Assembly: GCA_012295275.1 (NCBI GenBank) | Contig: CM022677.1 | Coordinates: 28,210,001 to 28,274,000, forward strand | DNA: 64,000 nt | Reading direction: 5' to 3' | Source: Chrysomallon squamiferum | Lineage: Eukaryota; Animalia; Mollusca | Part shown: positions 57,101 to 64,000 of the stretch, one piece after another | Numbering within the stretch: the stretch's first letter is position 1 | Layout: the number at the start of each line of letters is the position of its first letter | Program-made: the position numbers and the translations under genes | The notes under the pieces: generated by a model | What the model was told of the DNA's origin: nothing | Databases searched by the model: none | The model's input: the letters and a program-made list of their open reading frames with translations, nothing else

Positions 57101-57614
57101 GGTATGTGTAAGACATCATTCATTATGATGACTTAGTGTTACTTGTCAATCTCATATTCCAAAAGTGACAACTTTGATGAGGTTTACTGTATAATAGAAC
57201 ACACTTATTTATATTTATTATTATGATTATTGTTATTATTATTTGCTCATTAATTTTTTATTATTCTGAATACTATGAGCATCTAGATTTAAGTATTCAG
57301 GTATATTTAAGAAAAGAGATAAAAAATGTCATCCAGCATTAGATTTATTGCAGTGCCTTACATTTTTCTAATCATTATTTTCTGTGACTGTTATAATATT
57401 TCTGTTTACTGATAAAATAGTGTTCACTTTTCACCATCTTTGTTTTATCTCTCTCTATTTATCTAACTGTCCCAGTAATTTCTATTTTTCTTTTTCAGAT
57501 GAACTTATAGCAGCCATTAAGTCAGATATATCTATAGCATCATTAAAACTAGAATCAGAAGAGGCTTTGGTATTCAAAGAGAACAACTTCTTTAAAAATG
57601 TTCAGAAGACTTAA
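54006..57614 (+). CDS. RFK: Riboflavin kinase (4 exons; 155 aa from ATG 54006, or 170 aa from in-frame ATG 53961)
   Basis: Motifs GKVIKGFGRGSKELGIPTAN, GVYYGWA, MVMSIGWNPFF, ETHI and YIRP. Exons 54006-54102, 54525-54676, 55321-55423, 57499-57614. Confidence 0.96.
54525..54676 (+). CDS. RFK: RFK exon 2
   Basis: ANFPESVVDKLPEDIACGVYYGWASVDYGDVHKMVMSIGWNPFFKNTKKTM. Confidence 0.95.
54658..54845 (+). repeat. ~38-bp repeat containing the end of RFK exon 2 and its donor
   Basis: aaatacaaagaagactatg|gtaattattaataat. Confidence 0.88.
55321..55423 (+). CDS. RFK: RFK exon 3
   Basis: ETHILSVFKEDFYGSLLKIVMLGYIRPMSTFKSL. Confidence 0.95.
55635..57128. repeat. 26-bp minisatellite in RFK intron 3
   Basis: cattatgagagttatgtgtaagactt. 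Confidence 0.93.
57499..57614 (+). CDS. RFK: RFK exon 4
   Basis: DELIAAIKSDISIA...NNFFKNVQKT*. Confidence 0.93.
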
Positions 57615-58369
57615 TGTAGATTAAATGTAGACTTGGTAAAGAACTGTTTAATGTGTTTTCTTTAGGCAGAGGAGGAAGAAATCAGTCAGACTGATACATT
57701 TCGCACAAATCAAATACTGGTATTGTTATTCTAATCAGGGTCTGGCTACATGTCTGAGAGATTGTAATATTTGTTATTTTATTTTATCACAAAAGCACAA
57801 AAATAACAATTTGAAAACTGAATTACATTTGTTAGGACAATATAAAAACACCAATGTTTTACAACAGTTTGGCTTTATATATTTATAAGATGCTTGAGTA
57901 ATAATAGTAATAATAATAATCATTAAAATAAATAGATCATTAAAAAAATTCTAAAAGCAGTCTTCAGCTTAAAACTTCGGCCTTTGAATTTACATAATAT
58001 TTATTTCACTTTTAAATACATTCTTGAAAACTATAGATTTTTTTATGGATTTTAACTTTTGATACCAATTAAGAAGGTATGCTGTCATTGCTTATTTACA
58101 ATATTTTTTAAATCTGGATTATTGATATTTTGTGCAATTAGTTTTAATTAGTGTTTACGAAGGATATGAAATGCATTTATAATCAGTAAACTAGTCATTA
58201 GAATGATACATAAAGACTCAGAATCTCTTTCTGTTACAATATGAAGCATTCCAAATTGAACCTGAAAAAAGAAAACATTCATAATTGCATTCAGTGTTTG
58301 AACCTAGTTTGCAATTTAAAAATTCAAATTTCATTATGAAGATTTCAATTAGTTCTGTAAATGTATCTA

Positions 58370-60605
58370 TCAATATCTGTCTATCAGTTTGTCTACATGT
58401 GACTGGTTATCTATCAATATCTATCAATGTGTCTATGTGTGACTTTATCAATATCTGTCTATCAGTGTGTCTACATGTGACTGGTTATCTGTCAGTATCT
58501 GTCTATCTGTGTGTACGTATTACTGGTTATCTATCAATATCTGTCTATCTGTCTATGTGTGACTGGTTATCTATCAGTGTGTCTACGTGTGACTGGTTAT
58601 CTATCAATATCTGTCTATCAGTGTGTCTACGTGTGACTGGTTATCTATCAGTGTGTCTACGTGTGACTGGTTATCTATCAGTGTGTCTACGTGTGACTGG
58701 TTATCTATCAGTGTGTCTACGTGTGACTGGTTGTCTATCAGTGTATCTACGTGTGACTGGTTATCTATCAGTGTGTCTACATGTGACTGGTTATCTATCA
58801 ATATCTGTCTATCAGTGTGTCTACGTGTGACTGGTTATCTATCAGTGTGTCTACGTGTGACTGGTTATCTATCAATATCTGTCTATCAGTGTGTCTACGT
58901 GTGACTGGTTATCTATCAGTGTGTCTACATGTGACTGGTTATCTATCAGTGTGTCTACGTGTGACTGGTTATCTATCAGTGTGTCTACATGTGACTGGTT
59001 ATCTATCAATATCTGTCTATCAGTGTGTCTACGTGTGACTGGTTATCTATCAATATCTGTCTATCAGTGTGTCTACGTGTGACTGGTTATCTATCAGTGT
59101 GTCTACGTGTGACTGGTTATCTATCAATATCTGTCTATCAGTGTGTCTACGTGTGACTGGTTATCTATCAGTGTGTCTACGTGTGACTGGTTATCTATCA
59201 GTATCTGTCTATCAGTGTGTCTACATGTGACTGGTTATCTATTAGTGTGTCTACGTGTGACTGGTTATCTATCAATATCTGTCTATCAGTGTGTCTACGT
59301 GTGACTGGTTATCAGTGTGTCTACATGTGACTGGTTATCTATCAGTGTGTCTACGTGTGACTGGTTATCTATCAGTGTGTCTACATGTGACTGGTTATCA
59401 ATATCTGTCTATCAGTGTGTCTACGTGTGACTGGTTATCTATCACTATCTGTCTATCAGTGTGTCTACGTGTGACTGGTTATCTATCACTATCTGTCTAT
59501 CAGTGTGTCTACGTGTGACTGGTTATCTATCAATATCTGTCTATCAGTGTGTCTACGTGTGACTGGTTATCTATCAGTGTATCTACATGTGACTGGTTAT
59601 CTATCAATATCTGTCTATCAGTGTGTCTACGTGTGACTGGTTATCTATCAATATCTGTCTATCAGTGTGTCTACGTGTGACTGGTTATCTATCAGTGTGT
59701 CTACATGTGACTGGTTATCTATCAGTGTGTCTACATGTGACTGGTTATCTATCAATATCTGTCTATCAGTGTGTCTACGTGTGACTGGTTATCTATCAAT
59801 ATCTGTCTATCAGTGTGTCTACGTGTGACTGGTTATCTATCAATATCTGTCTATCAGTGTGTCTACATGTGACTGGTTATCAATATCTGTCTATCAGTGT
59901 GTCTACGTGTGACTGGTTATCAGTGTGTCTACGTGTGACTGGTTATCTATCAATATCTGTCTATCAGTGTGTCTACGTGTGACTGGTTATCTATCAGTGT
60001 ATCTACGTGTGACTGGTTATCTATCAATATCTGTCTATCAGTGTGTCTACGTGTGACTGGTTATCTATCAATATCTGTCTATCAGTGTATCTACGTGTGA
60101 CTGGTTATCTATCAATATCTGTCTATCAGTGTGTCTACGTGTGACTGGTTATCTATCAGTGTGTCTACGTGTGACTGGTTGTGTATCTACGTGTGACTGG
60201 TTGTGTATCTACGTGTGACTGGTTGTGTATCTACATGTGACTGGTTATCTATCAATATCTGTCTATCAGTGTGTCTACGTGTGACTGGTTGTCTATCAAT
60301 ATCTGTCTATCAGTGTGTCTACGTGTGACTGGTTGTCTATCAGTGTATCTACGTGTGACTGGTTATCTATCAATATCTGTCTATCAGTGTGTCTACGTGT
60401 GACTGGTTATCTATCAATATCTGTCTATCAGTGTGTCTACGTGTGACTGGTTATCTATCAATATCTGTCTATCAGTGTGTCTACGTGTGACTGGTTATCT
60501 ATCAGTGTTTCTACGTGTGACTGGTTATCTATCAGTGTGTCTACATGTGACTGGTTATCTATCAATATCTGTCTATCAATATGTCTACGTGTGACTAGTT
60601 ATCTG
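58370..60605. repeat. 30/44-bp minisatellite
   Basis: gtgtgtctacgtgtgactggttatctatca (+atatctgtctatca). Confidence 0.93.
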
Positions 60606-61317
60606 TACACGGGCATACACATATACAAAGTGCGTTATTTCAAAAATGGTCCATTTAACTATAGTGGAAATCCATAATGTTATCAATCATTAAAAGAATT
60701 CATTGCTGTGATTTTATCTCATAGAGGTTTAGGTGTATGTTTTCTAAAATTTTATTGGCAGTTATTTTTTTAAAGTTAATTTTTAAATACATTTCATTTA
60801 TCTAAGCAGGTTTAAGGTCAGAGTTCATTACCTGCAATTTTCCAGCTAGCTCAGTATATAAAATAAAGTAAAAGATCTCATCAAATAACAAAATGAAAAG
60901 TAAACAGTGATTGTAAGTAACAAAACTGTCAGCGTGCAAAGATGAAATCTGGTAATTAGAGTTCTATAGAAGCTGGTTAAATGGTATGTACCTGTTTTAT
61001 TATTTATAAACAGTTTGTACAAAGCCAGTAACATTTAAAAGAGACAACATGTTTGTTTTAGTGCTGGTGTCAGAATTTGCAGTAAAGTGTCTTTTTCCTT
61101 CTTTTACGTACATCTATTAAAATCTGACGTCATTTCTCACCATTCTAGAGTTGTCTCCCATGTTTCTTAATATATATTTTTTAGTAATGAAGTTTTTTTC
61201 TTTAGCCTATATAATTTATAAACAATTTTATTGTTTATTTTTCTATTGAATAAAATTTTGTTTTGATGCTGTGGAATGAAATTTTATAAATAAAAATTAA
61301 ACAGAGCAATAGTAATT

Positions 61318-61364
<47 letters not shown>

Positions 61365-61899
61365 TTGTTCTAATGATCCTAATTTCTAAATTTTTTAATA
61401 GTTTTGTTTTGGTCATGTTAATGACATACAGAACAAGAAGTAAAAAAATTGACAGATAAATAACTTTAGCCTTTGTTCTATGACAATAATTTAATATTTT
61501 ATATTCTGTTACATATTAGTGTGACATAAATCTAGATATTATAAAGTTATGTTGATTTATTATAATCTGATGAATACTCAAATGGCAGTAATTATTCTCT
61601 TTATAGCTATTTTTGTTCTACATACATACATCTTGGATATTTATATCTCGTTTTAAGCCCAGGAAATGATGCAGTCTTTACAAACGTAATTCACAGTCAC
61701 TAAAGTCTCTCTTTAACTGAAATATCCCCAAAAATATAATAAAAAAGTGATAATAATAAATAATAAAAAAATAAATAAAATAAAGGAAAAATATTTTTTA
61801 CAGTCGAACAGAAATAATGGCGCAAACTTGAAATTCACTGATGTGAAGAAATCAGAATGTATTGGTAGTAAAAATATGTAATAATTATTAAATAACCAT

Positions 61900-62604
61900 A
61901 AGGTTAGGATTTAGCATTCAAGGACTAGGGTTAGGTTTAACGTTTGTGGTAGGGTTTAGGTTTGAGTTGGGTTAGGGTTAGGGTTAGATTTAACATTTAT
62001 GTTAGGGTTTAGATTTGGGTTGGGTTAGGATTTAGGGTTTAGTGTTAGGATTAGGGTTAGATTTAACATTTGTGTTAGGCTTTAGATTTCGGTTAGGTTA
62101 GGGATAGGGTTTAGTGTTAGGGTTTATGGTGAGGGTCAAGATTGGGTTAGGGTTGGGATCAGGGTCAGGGTTAGGTTTAGGGTTGTCGGTTAGGGTTAAG
62201 GGTTAGGGCTACAGGGTTAGGGTTTGGGTTAGGGTTACGGTCAGGGTCAGGGTCAGGGGTTAGGGTTAGGGTTAGATAGGGTTAGGGTTAATCAGGGTTA
62301 GTCAGGGTTAGGGTTAGGGTTAGTTCAGGGTTAGGGTTAGGATTAGGGTTTAGGGTCAGGGTTAGGGTTTAGGGTCAGGGTTAGGGTTAGTCAGGGTTAG
62401 GATTTAGTGTTAGGGTTTAGGGTTAGGTTTGGGTTGGGTTAGGGTTAGGATTAGGGTTTAGGGTTAGGGTCAGGGTTAGGGTTAGGGTTCTCTGTAGTGA
62501 TCCTGGCGGTTAAGGGTTAGGGTTAGGGTTAGGGTTACGGGTTAGGGTTAGGGTTAGGGTTAGGTTAGGGTTCTGGGCTTAGGGTTAGGGTTAGGATTCT
62601 GGGC

Positions 62605-62636
<32 letters not shown>

Positions 62637-62770
62637 CAGGGGTTATGGTTAGGGTCAAGGGTTAGGGTTAAGGGTTAGGGTTAGGATTAGGGTTAGAGGG
62701 TTAGGGTTAGGGTTAGGGTTAGGGTTAGGGCTGGGTTAGGGTTAGGGTTAGGTTTTAGGGTTAGTCAGGG

Positions 62771-62811
<41 letters not shown>

Positions 62812-62971
62812 GGTTAGGGTCAGGGTCAGGGTTTAGGGTTAGGGTCAGGGTTTGGGTTTAGGGTTAGGGTTAGGGTCAGGGTCATGGTCAGGTTTAGGGT
62901 TTGGGTTTATGGTTATGGTTAGTGTTAAGGTTAGGGTTTAGGTTTAGGGTCAGGGTCAGGGTCAGGGTCAG

Positions 62972-63007
<36 letters not shown>
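61900..63007 (+). repeat. Interstitial degenerate telomeric (TTAGGG)n tract
   Basis: TTAGGG with TCAGGG/TTTAGGG variants; non-telomeric DNA on both sides. Confidence 0.92.
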
Positions 63008-63069
63008 CATCTTCTTTCTTCTCCACCACAACGATGACATAGTGCTACATTTTCTACACATCTACATTA

Positions 63070-63505
63070 CAGGGGCGCACAAACTTTCTGATCTTATAGA
63101 CCACAGCGCTTTAACTTCACTGACACTAGGGCCGCAGACATTTCGTTGTGATTACGTAAACTCTGAAAACGTACCATGTATGATTTTGTATAATTTTCTA
63201 ACAGTGAACCTCTGTGACTGAAAATGCTGCATGTAAATAATGGGTGCGTTTACATGTTTCCAGACAAACTGACTTCATTCCTGTTGATTCCCATTAAAGT
63301 CAAAAATAAAACCGTTATTAATATTATTTATTACTTTTGTTAAATAACAACTTCAAAGCTGTCAGATCTGAAAATGAATACTGGACGACATTTTGTGTAC
63401 GGCATCTTACAGTGATAGGAAGTTGATGTTGTACGAGTGTTTATACTGAGACGTTAAATGTGATGAGGTGACATCGTTTCCACGGCCGCAGGTTGCGCAC
63501 CCCTG
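63070..63505. mobile_element. hAT/Charlie-like non-autonomous element (MITE)
   Basis: Imperfect TIRs CAGGGGCGCACAAAC ... GGTTGCGCACCCCTG with subterminal GGCCGCA; no clear TSD. Confidence 0.5.
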
Positions 63506-63876
63506 ATTTACAAGGACATTTCTTCGTAAAACTGAAACTGTCTTCGTCTCGTCTCTGATCACGTTGTAAAAATCTTTAGCCAACATCTTAAGGGTACTTG
63601 AGAAATTGAAATGAACAAGTAAAATCACAGTAAAAACAAGTGGAATACAGATAAACTACCAAATCGTATACCTATTCAGAAATGAAGTTTGCCATATGTG
63701 ATGTTCTTATATATTTATCACGCATTAGGTCGAATCTGTTTTATTACTGTACATGCCTGCTATAGTTTCCTGTAAGTTGAAGATCACGCGCCAAATTAGC
63801 ACCCGTTATTCTCTAAATGTTGACCAATTCGGTTTACTTTTGCTGGGCTTAATTCATTATGTTTTAAAACAATCTT

Positions 63877-63943
<67 letters not shown>

Positions 63944-64000
63944 ACACGAAAGCTAGCTCATAGGTACTGAGTCATACGAATGGATATCAGTTTGTTACAC

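Noticed and set aside
5330-60605. Tandem arrays as CRISPR arrays
   Set aside because: No unique spacers, no cas genes, and eukaryotic intron-containing DNA.

Overview
AT-rich animal genomic DNA dense in micro- and minisatellites, with GT-AG introns and an interstitial TTAGGG tract. An invertebrate, probably mollusc-like, origin is inferred, not proven. Almost all ORFs in the supplied track are repeat artefacts. Reading splice sites by hand gives four genes. Three form a cluster sharing a ~65-80 aa six-cysteine, predicted helical module (C-x6/7-C-xn-C-x8-C-x5-C-xn-C). The module is encoded by an exon pair (phase 1|2|1). Gene A (- strand, runs off the left edge): signal peptide, Ig, Ig, 6-Cys... 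Gene B (+, 3400-15852): signal peptide, 3x 6-Cys, S/T linker, probable GPI/hydrophobic tail that is out of frame as assembled. Gene C (+, 18311-51571; 29 coding exons, ~1168 aa): signal peptide, Ig, Ig, 12x 6-Cys, apparently secreted. Genes A and C share a nearly identical inverted Ig1 exon (366/369 nt, identical protein), while their other homologous exons are strongly diverged. Several intronic tandem arrays are built from amplified splice junctions, the largest being ~90 copies of one acceptor plus exon start. The window ends with a 4-exon riboflavin kinase gene, an interstitial telomeric tract and a hAT-like MITE.
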